A stretch of 62,859 bases of DNA from an uncultured Saprospiraceae bacterium (GCA_964533785.1 CAZHNG010000001.1:29770-92628); one strand, 5' to 3'; positions 8,922-18,374 are shown, counted from the first letter of the stretch. Translations and numbers: made by a program. Notes: generated from the letters alone by a model not told the origin.

Positions 8922-10022
8922 AATATCGTTTGAACTTCAACGGATAATACTTTAGGAAGGTCAAGCGCAATGGGCATCCAACTATCGCCTGCATTAGCGG
9001 AGACGTAGACCTGCCCCCCTGTAGTACCAAAATAAACACCACAGGGATCGAGTTGATCTACCGCCATTGCGTCCCGTAATACATTGACATAGCAATGGCT
9101 TTGTGGTAATCCCTCTGTCAATGCTTCCCAGTTATTACCACCGGAACGACTGCGATAAACCTGCAATTTGCCTTCGGGTGGGTAGTGCTCCGAATCGCTT
9201 TTTATGGGTAAGACGTATATCGTATCCGGCTCATGCGCATGCACATCAATAACGAAGCCAAAATCACTGGGCAAATTATCACTGACTTCGTACCAGTTAT
9301 CGCCCGCATCGTCACTACGCATCACATCCCAGTGTTTTTGCATAAAAAGCACATTTGGCCGCGACGGATGCATAGCCAGACGGTGCACACAATGGCCTAC
9401 TTCGGCTTCGGGTTCGGGGATATAGTCTGACTTTAGCCCGCGATTAATCGGCTTCCAGCTTTTACCCCCATCATCCGTTCGAAATGCCCCCGCCGCTGAA
9501 ATAGCGATAAAGATCCGGTCAGGATTTTCGGGATCGAGTACAATAGTATGCAGACACAAACCACCCGCTCCCGGTTGCCAGAAAGCCCCCGTTCCGTGTT
9601 TACGCAATCCGGATAACTCCTGCCAACTTTCCCCGCCATTGGTCGAACGAAATAGGGCGGCATCTTCTACCCCTGCGTATACAGTATCCGGGTCGGTTAA
9701 AGAGGGTTCAAAATGCCAAACCCGCTTGAATTCCCAAGGGTGCGGAGTACCATCGTACCATTGGTGCGTACCCGCCTCTCCCTCGTATTCAAACTTGTTG
9801 TCCACCGTTTTCCAGCTTTTACCGCCATCGTCAGAGCGGTGCACTACTTGTCCGAACCAGCCGAGCGTATAATCGATTGGGATCTACGGGAGAGCCTTTC
9901 AAATGATAAATTTCCCAGCCGCCGAAGAAGGGGCCGTCGATTTTCCAATTTTTACGGTTCTCATCCGAGTGAAGAACAAATGCACCTTTTTTGGTACCGA
10001 CTAACAGGCGTATGGCAGTCAT
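8918..10022 (-). pseudogene. BNR/Asp-box beta-propeller (sialidase-like) gene with an apparent frameshift
   Basis: The N-terminal piece [26 protein letters not shown]...NRLYA (ATG at 10022) stops at 9831. The reading continues in another frame as [17 protein letters not shown]... to 8918. The frame switch must lie within 9834-9883. Asp-box motifs SxDxGxxW are present. Confidence 0.7.
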
Positions 10023-10107
10023 ATTAACTTTTTTGGGTTGATTAGTAAAAGAGCTTATTTGATTCCACCCTTCAATATACAAAATGTTTAAAAAACATGC
10101 AAGTTGA

Positions 10108-12843
10108 TTACTCCTCCCCACCTTTCACTAACCTGATACCTAAAGTTTTTGACTCGTTAAAATCTGGATCAAAAGGGTCGGCAAAACTATGGGCATCGTA
10201 GCCATAAACCTTTAATCGACCATCCTCCATATAGTATTCCGCCACATTGCCCGCCAGATCGAAAAGGTATTGTTTGCCCATTTCTTGCGGCGGGAAGCTA
10301 CCCACTTCCTTAATTAAGGAGACCTTTTCATTCATCAATTTTTGTTTGAGCTGGATGGCATCATCCCGGCTTAGATCATAGCCGGCCCAATAATTCAGTG
10401 TATTTCCCTTGTCGGCGGCTTTATGCGCCTTTTTATGCAATTTCCCGGCTTCTTTCTTATTGGGAAGCCGGTATTTTTCTCCCGTATGCTCACTTATCCA
10501 TCGCAGGTATGCCGTAATTTGTTCTTTGCTGAGGTTAGTAACCGGATGATTAGCCTCGATACTAGGATATTCAAAGTCCTCATCAAAAGCGCCGTATTGG
10601 GCTTTGGTCAACTCAAAGCGGGCGATCGTAAGGGTATCATCAGGTATATTTATGACCTCGGGTAAAAGCCGGCCTTTGTTCATTACCCCGTATAGACCGC
10701 CACTTTTTGCTGCTTTGGCTTTGTTGAAAGCCATCGCAAGCGGGCTTTTTTCTTTAAATGCTTCGTTCTCTTCTTTATAAGTTTTGAACAGATAAGTATC
10801 GAACCAGCGGATCTCCTCTTTCATTTTGCGGAGCTGGTGGGTTATTTTTTGTAATCCGTGAGGCTGATCGGGGAACCACAAGAACTTCACAGGCGCTTTT
10901 CCTACTTGCTGCAGCCCACGGTAATACTCCCAGCCCTGATCCCGTGGAACAGCACGGTCGTTACTCCCGTGGAAGATGATGGTAGGCGTTTTAATTTTTT
11001 CAATTTCGAAGATAGGGGAATTATTGATGTACCATTCATTGTAGTGCTTGCCATTGGTATCGTCCCAGGGAGCGCCGCCAAAGTAATACTGATCGAAGGT
11101 AACTCCAAAGCGGCAAGTCCCGTAATCGGAGGTCCAGTTAACGTCGCCCGCGCCGGGAGCAGCGGCTTTGAACATATCCGGATACTTCAGGGTCATCCAG
11201 GTGGTTAATATGGCCCCGTTCGACCAGCCCATGATCCCCAGCTTATCCATATCAATTAACCCCTGGCTGTTAAGATGCTGGATGCCGTTCATCAGGTCTA
11301 TCTCCTCCAGTGAATAGTATTGTCCTTTCTTAATGGATTCGGCAAAAGCCTGACCGTGAGCTCCGGAACCATGATAGTTAGGTTTTAATACAAAAGCTCC
11401 CTTGTCCGTATAAATTTGGGGATAAGTCGACCATCTTTCCGACCAACTGTCCTGATCGACGCCCGTCGGCCCTCCGTGAATCGATAAGACTAGCGGATAT
11501 TTTTTCCCTTCCTCATAGTCTTTAGGGTAATAAAGAATGCCATTTACCTGCTCGTCGTTCGCTCCCTGCCAATAAACCACTTCCGCACGAGCGACAGGTT
11601 TATCCTTGAGTTTTTTATTCAATGCGATCAATTCGGTTTGATTGGCTAAGGTTAAGGTTTGCTCGGCATTATTTTTCAGGTCCGCAACGTAATACTGCGG
11701 CAGTTTTGCAGCGGTGGAATGGTTAAAAAGCAATTTCTGACCGTTGTCGCTTACCGCCATCAGGCTGACGTGTTCTTGCATTTCACCTAAATCCAGCTGC
11801 TGCACCTTCCATCCATCGTTTGCTTTATGATAAACCTGCACTTTTCTCAGCGGACCGTTAGCCAGTGAGGCGATAACATGGGAACCCGCCAGTAAGTATC
11901 CCCCACTGAGGCCGTTTTCCCAGTCCAAAGGCACTTTCACGTATTCTTTAGTGGCCAGGTCCAAATAATATAACTCACTTTTGCCGGCACCGTTCCACTT
12001 GGGATCAGAAGTTGTTACTCCCGTAAAATAAAACCCTTTGCTATCGGGTGTAAACTGAAAAGAGGACGGTTGATGAATATCTTCCAAAATGGTAGTCGTA
12101 TTACCCGTTGCCATATCCTGCAAAAAACAGACCGGTTTGGGTTGTCCATCAGCAGGGTAATGCGGACTCATTGTTTTGCGAGCCACCAGGTACTTGCCGT
12201 CGCGCGAAACATCGTAAGCTGACACCCTTTGTTCATTATCGGTAAGCCGTTTTATCTTTTTGTCTTTTACATCAAAGGCGTACAGCCGGTAAGGTTTCCA
12301 ATGCTCTACGTCTTCAATGACCTGGGTATTGTCCTTCTTTTCTTCTTTGTCCAGCTCGAACTGTGTTTTTCCTTCGTTGCTGATAAAGACCAGATTCTGC
12401 TCATCCAGCCATTTCGGAGAGCTGATACCGTTTTTAAATTCATGCATTTCTTCGGATTCACCACCGTAGATACTGAGTCGCCACAATTTTTTGCCTTTAT
12501 CTTTCGAAGACAGGTAATAGATATATTCACCATCCGGAGAAAAGTGCGCATTCTTTTCCGAAGAATTACCGTGCGTCAGTTGAACGGTGAGTGGTTTTCC
12601 GTCCTTGATCACGTCCAAACGGGTTAAAAATAGCTTTTGGACAAATTTGTCTTCCTTTTTTTGTCCGATGCGTTTGGACCAGACGACCATTTTGCCATCC
12701 GGAGAAAAGCTGGGAGAGGAGACGTATTCGGTATTAATGATTTCCTCTGGCGTCCAGTGCTTTGGGTTTTCCTGAGCAAGGATTAGGTTACTGTGGATAC
12801 CAAAGCACATCAGAGAGAGCAGTAGTATAAGTTGATTTTTCAT
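10108..12843 (-). CDS. Secreted S9 (prolyl oligopeptidase family) serine peptidase with a C-terminal FGE/SUMF1-like domain
   Basis: Signal peptide [24 protein letters not shown] from the ATG at 12843 (the ORF-track start at 12918 is a TTG). Propeller region, then GWSNG nucleophile elbow. The C-terminus has [34 protein letters not shown] and GNVAEYY, resembling FGE-sulfatase domain motifs. Confidence 0.8.
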   Translation of the reverse strand: MKNQLILLLSLMCFGIHSNLILAQENPKHWTPEEIINTEYVSSPSFSPDGKMVVWSKRIGQKKEDKFVQKLFLTRLDVIKDGKPLTVQLTHGNSSEKNAHFSPDGEYIYYLSSKDKGKKLWRLSIYGGESEEMHEFKNGISSPKWLDEQNLVFISNEGKTQFELDKEEKKDNTQVIEDVEHWKPYRLYAFDVKDKKIKRLTDNEQRVSAYDVSRDGKYLVARKTMSPHYPADGQPKPVCFLQDMATGNTTTILEDIHQPSSFQFTPDSKGFYFTGVTTSDPKWNGAGKSELYYLDLATKEYVKVPLDWENGLSGGYLLAGSHVIASLANGPLRKVQVYHKANDGWKVQQLDLGEMQEHVSLMAVSDNGQKLLFNHSTAAKLPQYYVADLKNNAEQTLTLANQTELIALNKKLKDKPVARAEVVYWQGANDEQVNGILYYPKDYEEGKKYPLVLSIHGGPTGVDQDSWSERWSTYPQIYTDKGAFVLKPNYHGSGAHGQAFAESIKKGQYYSLEEIDLMNGIQHLNSQGLIDMDKLGIMGWSNGAILTTWMTLKYPDMFKAAAPGAGDVNWTSDYGTCRFGVTFDQYYFGGAPWDDTNGKHYNEWYINNSPIFEIEKIKTPTIIFHGSNDRAVPRDQGWEYYRGLQQVGKAPVKFLWFPDQPHGLQKITHQLRKMKEEIRWFDTYLFKTYKEENEAFKEKSPLAMAFNKAKAAKSGGLYGVMNKGRLLPEVINIPDDTLTIARFELTKAQYGAFDEDFEYPSIEANHPVTNLSKEQITAYLRWISEHTGEKYRLPNKKEAGKLHKKAHKAADKGNTLNYWAGYDLSRDDAIQLKQKLMNEKVSLIKEVGSFPPQEMGKQYLFDLAGNVAEYYMEDGRLKVYGYDAHSFADPFDPDFNESKTLGIRLVKGGEE

Positions 12844-13025
12844 GATATTGTTGAATTTGTTAGGCGTACCTGTTCGTCTGGGTTGGGAACAGGTTGTTTT
12901 GATGGAATTATTCGCCAATTTAGGTAGTTAATTTTGGTCTGGCAAGGGCTGAGGGGAAATTGCCTGCTTTAGGGCTGATTTAAAATGGAAGGTGTTATTT
13001 TAAATAGACTTGTTCGGCGGGATCA

Positions 13026-13403
13026 TCATTTTGAAACAATAATATCCGGATTTACTTCCAGTAATTCGTCTACTAAAGAATCTCTATCTTTTATAGTGAC
13101 CTTAGCTTTAAGAGTAGAGTTGTAAAAAACAATCATCGTATCATCGTCTTTCAATTTAATTTCATCTATGTTTAGAATATAGTATTCTGTACTTTGAATT
13201 CCACCAGAGTATTTCACTAAATTTTTTCCCATAACTTTATAAAAAGAATTCTCCAATACGAAAGGGATAAAGAACAATGGGAATATGGTTATTGCTGCAA
13301 TGATCCAGTATAACAAAAACCCTTCAAATAGAAATAAAACGCATAATACAACTACTAGAAATATATTAAAATTCTTATGGGAGGCTATGTATTTTTTTTT
13401 CAT
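13026..13403 (-). CDS. Small membrane protein, two TM helices plus a beta-rich (possibly bacterial PH-like) tail
   Basis: ATG at 13403 (MKKKYIASHKNF). Two hydrophobic helices are followed by KVMGKNLVKYSGGIQSTEYYILNIDEIKL. AT-rich. I recognise no family with certainty. Confidence 0.5.
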   Translation of the reverse strand: MKKKYIASHKNFNIFLVVVLCVLFLFEGFLLYWIIAAITIFPLFFIPFVLENSFYKVMGKNLVKYSGGIQSTEYYILNIDEIKLKDDDTMIVFYNSTLKAKVTIKDRDSLVDELLEVNPDIIVSK

Positions 13404-13574
13404 TTTCAAAACCTTCAGCAATTTCTAGTTTGAGAATTCAATTGTTAGTGACTTAAGTTTCGCAGGAGATTAAACCACTGAAAAAGAGTAAAAAACACAT
13501 TGAAATAATTTTAATAAAAAAGCGTAATTCCTTATATTACAACTACTTAGACCCTAAAGGTAATTACGCTAAAA

Positions 13575-13754
13575 ATGAAATTATTCAAAAATAACAATGC
13601 CGTCAGCTATTTGCAAGTATTCTTGGAAAATGATAAAAAATCAGGAGATTTTCTGAATAGCTACTTGAAGATGTTGCTGCATGGAAGCCTAAGGAAGATT
13701 CTGGGCCAAATTGGAATAGATGCTGAAGAAAATGCTGGAAATATTGAAACTTAG
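13575..13754 (+). CDS. Possible small ORF (59 aa), hypothetical
   Basis: My own translation gives MKLFKNNNAVSYLQVFLENDKKSGDFLNSYLKMLLHGSLRKILGQIGIDAEENAGNIET. It falls below the ORF-track cutoff. A 9-bp inverted repeat agcgtaatt/aattacgct sits just upstream (13521-13570). Confidence 0.25.
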   Translation: MKLFKNNNAVSYLQVFLENDKKSGDFLNSYLKMLLHGSLRKILGQIGIDAEENAGNIET

Positions 13755-13966
13755 CTCTGAAAAAATCTTCTTATTTTGAGCGAAGAAAAATGAAGAGCCT
13801 GAAAACGGTGGTTTCTGTAGAAATTAAATCAAAACCCAATTAACTACATACATTGCAGCTTCAGAGAGTTTTGACTCTGAGCTATGAGTTGACCGCAAAT
13901 AAGAGGAACGCTATTGTTTTTTAGTAAGTAAGGAAAAGGGGGTTGCTCAAATAATCCTCGAGGGAA

Positions 13967-14197
13967 ATGAATAAACAAGAACGGTTAGAGAAGATTAATA
14001 ATTATATGTCAAAAGGGTTCTTGAGAGAAGCATTAATGGAATTCCAGGGAACTTTTCTTGAAAATGAAACTATACATGTGCACGGAATTCTAACTGAGCT
14101 AGAACTAAAGAATATTCAGAGAATTCTTCATCCCGGAGAATATGGAGTTGAGCGAAACAGGATTTCAGTAGAGGTCATGACTCTGATACAACATTAA
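13967..14197 (+). CDS. Hypothetical 76-aa helical protein with an effector-associated-like adaptor pattern
   Basis: KGFLREALMEF...GILTELELKNIQRILHPGEYGVERNRISVEVMTLI follows the pattern: G-x-hydrophobic-x-x-A-hydrophobic, a spacer, a helix, then G-x-I/hydrophobic-x-x-E, then N-x-I-x-x-x-hydrophobic-x-L-I. Confidence 0.5.
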   Translation: MNKQERLEKINNYMSKGFLREALMEFQGTFLENETIHVHGILTELELKNIQRILHPGEYGVERNRISVEVMTLIQH

Positions 14198-14303
14198 AAA
14201 TCTGGTAAATTGCGATCAAATGCTTCTGCCAAAAGCGCGAATTCCAGATACTCAGAAGAACTCATTGGTTATTCTTCTTTTTGTTATGATTATACTGTAA
14301 TGT

Positions 14304-15026
14304 ATGGATATTGAAAGAATAAAATTTCAACTAGCAAAAGGCAATCTTAAGTCTGCTATTACAGATTTATTGAGCATTGCTGATAAGTATTTATTAACAT
14401 TTAACGATGAAATTCTACTGATATCCTCGAGGTATTATACAATTGAACGAGAGAAAGTTAGAAACGTAATTTCAAAGGAAAATTATTTTTTAGAATTGAA
14501 TTCAATTTCGAATGACATACTCCTAGTACTCGGATATTTGGAGGAACTTGATGAAGTCAAATTAAAGAATATTTCAAGGCAAAGTATTAAAGAAGAGCTT
14601 GATAAATTATTGGAAGATTATGAAGATTGCCGTAAAATTAAGAGCACTGCTACTAGGTTAAGGATGAAAAACAATCTTAGTCACTTGATTTCACAAAAAA
14701 TCATTCAATACCCAAAAATAGTTAATGAATACGTAAACAATCCAACAGATGGGTTCATTTGTGGCGTTTGTAAGAAAATTCAACGTGTACCTGATTTTGA
14801 GGACTTAGATATTCTGGAAAAAATAGCACCAGAGACCAACAGTAAATTTGTAAAAGGAAACATAGCAAGTGCGATTACTGAATTAATATATTTCAGTAAG
14901 GTAAGAATAGGGGATGATGTAAGGATATCTAAAATACTAAACTTGCTAAAAGTTGGTTCTGATAAAACTGTGCAAAAAAATATTGAAAGAGCAGAGGCTG
15001 CTCTTGAGTATTTATTGAATAAGTAA
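14304..15026 (+). CDS. Hypothetical protein, N-terminal effector-associated-like helical module plus an uncharacterised helical C-terminal region
   Basis: The first 80 aa or so read LAKGNLKSAITDLLSIADKY...DEILLISSRYYTIEREKVRNVISKENYFLELNSISNDILLVLGYL. This is the module commonly seen at N-termini of NACHT/CHAT/TIR conflict proteins. The remaining 160 aa or so has no family I can name. Confidence 0.55.
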   Translation: MDIERIKFQLAKGNLKSAITDLLSIADKYLLTFNDEILLISSRYYTIEREKVRNVISKENYFLELNSISNDILLVLGYLEELDEVKLKNISRQSIKEELDKLLEDYEDCRKIKSTATRLRMKNNLSHLISQKIIQYPKIVNEYVNNPTDGFICGVCKKIQRVPDFEDLDILEKIAPETNSKFVKGNIASAITELIYFSKVRIGDDVRISKILNLLKVGSDKTVQKNIERAEAALEYLLNK

Positions 15027-15221
15027 AACTCAAATTTATTTATCTCACCAATAAATTCATATAAAGGAACCTTGATACGGAGTAAATAGAAAAATCAGAA
15101 ATGTCTGATAAATCCTATGTGACAATACATCTAAGAGACCAGGCCCAATTCTAGTCCAAAAAAACAGGCGGTTTGTTGAAACAGTTTAAGTAGGCATTTT
15201 TTGTACTTTAAATAAGTGAGA

Positions 15222-15358
15222 AGCCAGATTTGAGACGCTACCTGCCCACCCTGCCGGCCGCTAGCACCGCCACGTTGGGCCCGGGTCTGGGCAGGCGGGG
15301 ACTCTTGACCGTGTGTGATTGCTACCGATTGCTATCGGGAGTGAGTTTGGGGGGGGTT
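15222..15358. repeat. GC-rich mosaic element (family B core) in an AT-rich spacer
   Basis: ccagat / gacgcta heptads, then ccaccctgccggcc...gcaggcgggga (shared with 6044-6078). 8-bp stem cctgccca (15241-15248) / tgggcagg (15288-15295). Direct gattgcta x2 with hairpin ccgat-tgct-atcgg. Confidence 0.55.
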
Positions 15359-15646
15359 AAAACAAAACTTATTATTGTCCATCCACTTACTTGAAAAGCC
15401 TATAGAAACTTCCGCAATCTACTGCTCTGTTTATATTATTATTTCACCAAATTAGATCACCTATTCCAATGTTGATCCTTTGGTCAAGTTTGTTTAGCCT
15501 TATATTGCACAAAGCATTGCAAAGCAAAACAGGCTAAGCTCCGTCAAGCCTAACCTGTAAAGTTTTGAATTTCATTTCTTAACGACTGCTAAAAGATTTT
15601 AAACTATGTAAGTTATTTTAAGCCAGTCATTTAGCTTTTTAATTTG

Positions 15647-15956
15647 TGATCCCGGCAGGACTCGAACCTGCAACCTGCTGATTAGCTTACCATCTACAGC
15701 TTTCGCTGCTTCCGATATTATCGGAATTTGTGGTCTGGACTATCTCTTCACCATTTCAGGTGTGCCACGTATAGTCTCTACGGATCCCTTTTCAGGTTTC
15801 CTCGGGATTGCCTTATCCGCAAGAGGCGAACTTAGGTTTCCCCGATATAGTGGCATCCACTTTACAGGTTTTGTTTCCCTGTAAAGGCTCCTAATTTTAG
15901 TTCTCTTTTGAACTATGCTTAAAGTCAGCTGCTCTATCCAGTTGAGCTACGAGACC
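15647..15956 (-). tRNA. tRNA-Arg (anticodon UCU) interrupted in the anticodon loop by a group I intron
   Basis: 5' exon (15956-15922): GGTCTCGTAGCTCAACTGGATAGAGCAGCTGACTT. 3' exon (15685-15647): CTAATCAGCAGGTTGCAGGTTCGAGTCCTGCCGGGATCA. Joined, they form a 74-nt cloverleaf with anticodon loop CTTCTAA. The D and T arms resemble bacterial tRNA-Arg(UCU). No CCA is encoded. Confidence 0.85.
15686..15921 (-). ncRNA. Group I intron (IC3-like), 236 nt, no ORF
   Basis: The core strings parallel the Azoarcus tRNA-Ile and cyanobacterial tRNA-Leu intron cores: AAGTGGATGCC, GGGGAAACCTAAG, TAAGGCAATCCCGAGG, CCGTAGAGACTATACGTGGCACACCTGAAATGG. The 5' exon ends in U and the intron ends in G. Candidate guide sequence GAG lies in TTAGGAGCC. 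Confidence 0.8.
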
Positions 15957-16051
15957 ATTTTTCTTAGCGACTGCAAATTTATTACTTTTATACCTTACAA
16001 GCAACTTTTCACCAAAGTCATTGTTCAACTTTCGTCTGAAAAAAATAGCAC

Positions 16052-16726
16052 ATGAGTAACGTCCGTATTGAAGAAAGCTGGAAAACCGTTTTAAGAGACG
16101 AATTTCACCAACCCTATTTCCAGAGCCTTGCCACCTTTCTAAAGAACGAAAAAACAGCCGGTAAGGTGATCTACCCTCCTGGGTCTTTGATCTTTAATGC
16201 CTTTGATTCTACGCCTTTTGAGGAGGTGAAAGTGGTTATTCTTGGGCAGGATCCATATCACAATCCAGGTGAAGCGATGGGGCTTTCTTTTTCCGTTCCA
16301 AAGAGCAAAAGAATTCCACCCTCTCTCGTGAATATTTACAAAGAATTGAAGGCGGACCTGGGTATTCCTATCCCTAAACACGGTGATCTTACCAAGTGGG
16401 CGGAACAAGGCGTTTTCCTACTGAATGCTATGTTGACGGTTGAACACAAAAAAGCGGGCGCTCACCGGAAAATCGGCTGGCAAGACTTTACGAATGCTGT
16501 GATCAAAAAGCTTTCTGATGAAAGAGAAAACCTTGTTTTTTTGCTGTGGGGGAATTTTGCCCGTAAGAAAAAAGCCCTTATCGACAATTCCCGCCATTTG
16601 GTACTGGAAGCAGCCCACCCTTCTCCGTTGGCCGGTAATGCTTTCAGCGGTTGCCATCATTTTTCCAAGGCCAATGAGTATTTAGTGCAATATGGAATAG
16701 AGCCCATCGACTGGAGTATCGATTAA
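16052..16726 (+). CDS. ung: Uracil-DNA glycosylase
   Basis: Family 1 UDG motifs GQDPYH and HPSPLA. 224 aa. Confidence 0.95.
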   Translation: MSNVRIEESWKTVLRDEFHQPYFQSLATFLKNEKTAGKVIYPPGSLIFNAFDSTPFEEVKVVILGQDPYHNPGEAMGLSFSVPKSKRIPPSLVNIYKELKADLGIPIPKHGDLTKWAEQGVFLLNAMLTVEHKKAGAHRKIGWQDFTNAVIKKLSDERENLVFLLWGNFARKKKALIDNSRHLVLEAAHPSPLAGNAFSGCHHFSKANEYLVQYGIEPIDWSID

Positions 16727-16917
16727 ATACGACACAACATTGTTATTCAGCATAAAAAAGCTCATTATCATTAATAAATCAAGATTTTCAAGTATATTTG
16801 TGTAATCATACCACCTGCTAGAGATCCTTTTTTTCCTTCACCATAGCATCCATAGGATCTATAAGTATACAAACTCGTAATACCAACAACATTTTATTGT
16901 CTTAACTACTTTAAGTG

Positions 16918-17334
16918 ATGAGAAAGCTATTTCTTAGAATTGGCAGTTTATTTGCCTTGGTTTCGGTTGCCTTAGGAGCTTTCGGCTCCCATGGTCTTGC
17001 TGAGATCTTAACCTTAGATCAATTGAGAATATTCGAGATTGGCGTTCGTTATCAATTCTTTCACGCTATTGCCATCTTTGCTTTGGGGTCTTTGTTGTAT
17101 TACCGCAAAACGAAGCTCATGGTATTTGCAGGATGGATATTTACAGCAGGTATCATTTTATTCTCAGGGTCCTTATACGTTCTCTCCGTGCAAGAGCTAC
17201 TTAACGCACCAAAGGAAGTGGTCGGTCCTATAACCCCAATTGGCGGTACTTTACTCATTTCGGGGTGGGCTTTGCTTTTCATTTCGACCTTTCAAGAAAA
17301 TGAGAAGCTTTACAAAAAGAAGAGAACCGAATAA
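16918..17334 (+). CDS. DUF423 (YgdD/TMEM256-like) membrane protein
   Basis: Small four-helix membrane protein with GAFGSHGL and the typical DUF423 layout. ATG at 16918; the ORF track begins at a GTG at 16915. Confidence 0.75.
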   Translation: MRKLFLRIGSLFALVSVALGAFGSHGLAEILTLDQLRIFEIGVRYQFFHAIAIFALGSLLYYRKTKLMVFAGWIFTAGIILFSGSLYVLSVQELLNAPKEVVGPITPIGGTLLISGWALLFISTFQENEKLYKKKRTE

Positions 17335-17469
17335 GAGCTTGTTTTGGTTTTATGAGCCAGTATTTATTTCTTAAAAAATGCTGGTGATGTGTTGAAACTG
17401 AAAGACAGGTGCTACATTCTATACTAAAATTGCTTTTGCTGGTATTTAATCAGAGTGAACACCCTATGT

Positions 17470-17745
17470 CTAAACGATATCTTCATTGATTGGCTCCATC
17501 TTTTCTTTTGCATTTACCCGGTTTCGCCACCAAACGAAGCCGATGATGCCAATAATAAGATAAGGTGTAGCCAGCATATACAGTATTCCGTTGTTTAAAC
17601 CACGCCCGGCAGTACCGCCGTTTTCGAGGTTACTTTCGGCGGCCATTCTACACATTGGACATTGAGCATAAATGTCTGCCGACAGCAGCATAAACACAAG
17701 AACCATTAATACCGTCAATGCAATTTTTATATTTGATCTTCTCAT
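17470..17745 (-). CDS. Small secreted/membrane protein with a CPMC motif
   Basis: Signal-like N-terminus ending AQ, then CPMCRMAAESNLENGG, then one C-terminal TM helix. It is the last gene of the oxidase block. Confidence 0.55.
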   Translation of the reverse strand: MRRSNIKIALTVLMVLVFMLLSADIYAQCPMCRMAAESNLENGGTAGRGLNNGILYMLATPYLIIGIIGFVWWRNRVNAKEKMEPINEDIV

Positions 17746-17793
17746 AATGACTATTTTTTTCCTTATTAAAAATAAAAAGTTTTAATCATTTTC

Positions 17794-18372
17794 TCAACCG
17801 TAATACGGCATTAGGAGAAAATAACAGATCGGGCCTGTAACAGCTACGTATAACCACAATGGGAACACCCATTTAGCCATCCTACGGTGCTTTTCAATCT
17901 GATTCGTGTATGCCCGGATAAAAGTAAACAGGATAAAAGGCAAAGAAGCTGCCGCCAGAACAATATGGCTGATCAGTAAAACTAAGTATATCGTTCTTGA
18001 AGAGCCCACTTCCAACCGCTCGGTTTCAGACAATATACCATCATGGTTAATATCACCGTAGATAGTGGCAGGATTGGTAAAATGATATACTACGTAGGCT
18101 AAAAGAAAAAGTACCGAAAAAATCAATGCGGAGAACATCATCCGTTGATGCGCCTGAATTTTCTTTTGCTTGATAAAAACAAATCCAATGATCAATGCTA
18201 TTGCCGTAAGCGCATTAAGTGCGGAGTAAAAAGGGGGCAAAAAGCTAAAATCCCATCCTGCCGGCAGATCCAGCTTTACGCTGCGCATTAACCCTACCAG
18301 GAATAAAACAATTGCAGTTACTACCCAGGTAGCAATGTTCAATTGTTTTGCTAGTTTTAGACTCTTTTCCAT
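17794..18372 (-). CDS. DUF420 (CtaM-like) membrane protein
   Basis: 192 aa multi-helix membrane protein. Its position next to the SCO-like and cox genes fits DUF420/CtaM family context. Confidence 0.7.
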   Translation of the reverse strand: MEKSLKLAKQLNIATWVVTAIVLFLVGLMRSVKLDLPAGWDFSFLPPFYSALNALTAIALIIGFVFIKQKKIQAHQRMMFSALIFSVLFLLAYVVYHFTNPATIYGDINHDGILSETERLEVGSSRTIYLVLLISHIVLAAASLPFILFTFIRAYTNQIEKHRRMAKWVFPLWLYVAVTGPICYFLLMPYYG

Positions 18373-18374
18373 AG

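Noticed and set aside
9834-9883. Programmed ribosomal frameshifting in the BNR gene.
   Set aside because: There is no slippery heptamer or obvious downstream stimulatory structure in the overlap window. An indel or sequencing error is the simpler explanation.
13012-13024. The string ggcgggatca resembles the tRNA-Arg 3' end (gccgggatca). It might have been an att-type direct repeat bounding the AT-rich islet.
   Set aside because: The match is on the opposite strand relative to the tRNA, so it is inverted rather than direct. It is only about 10 nt long and has a mismatch, so it is most likely chance.
15647-15956. An alternative reading of the split tRNA as tRNA-Lys(UUU), with a 5' exon ending CTTT and a 3' exon starting TAA.
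   Set aside because: That splice would place a C, not the obligatory terminal G, at the intron 3' end. The D and T arms and the D-loop A also fit tRNA-Arg(UCU) better.
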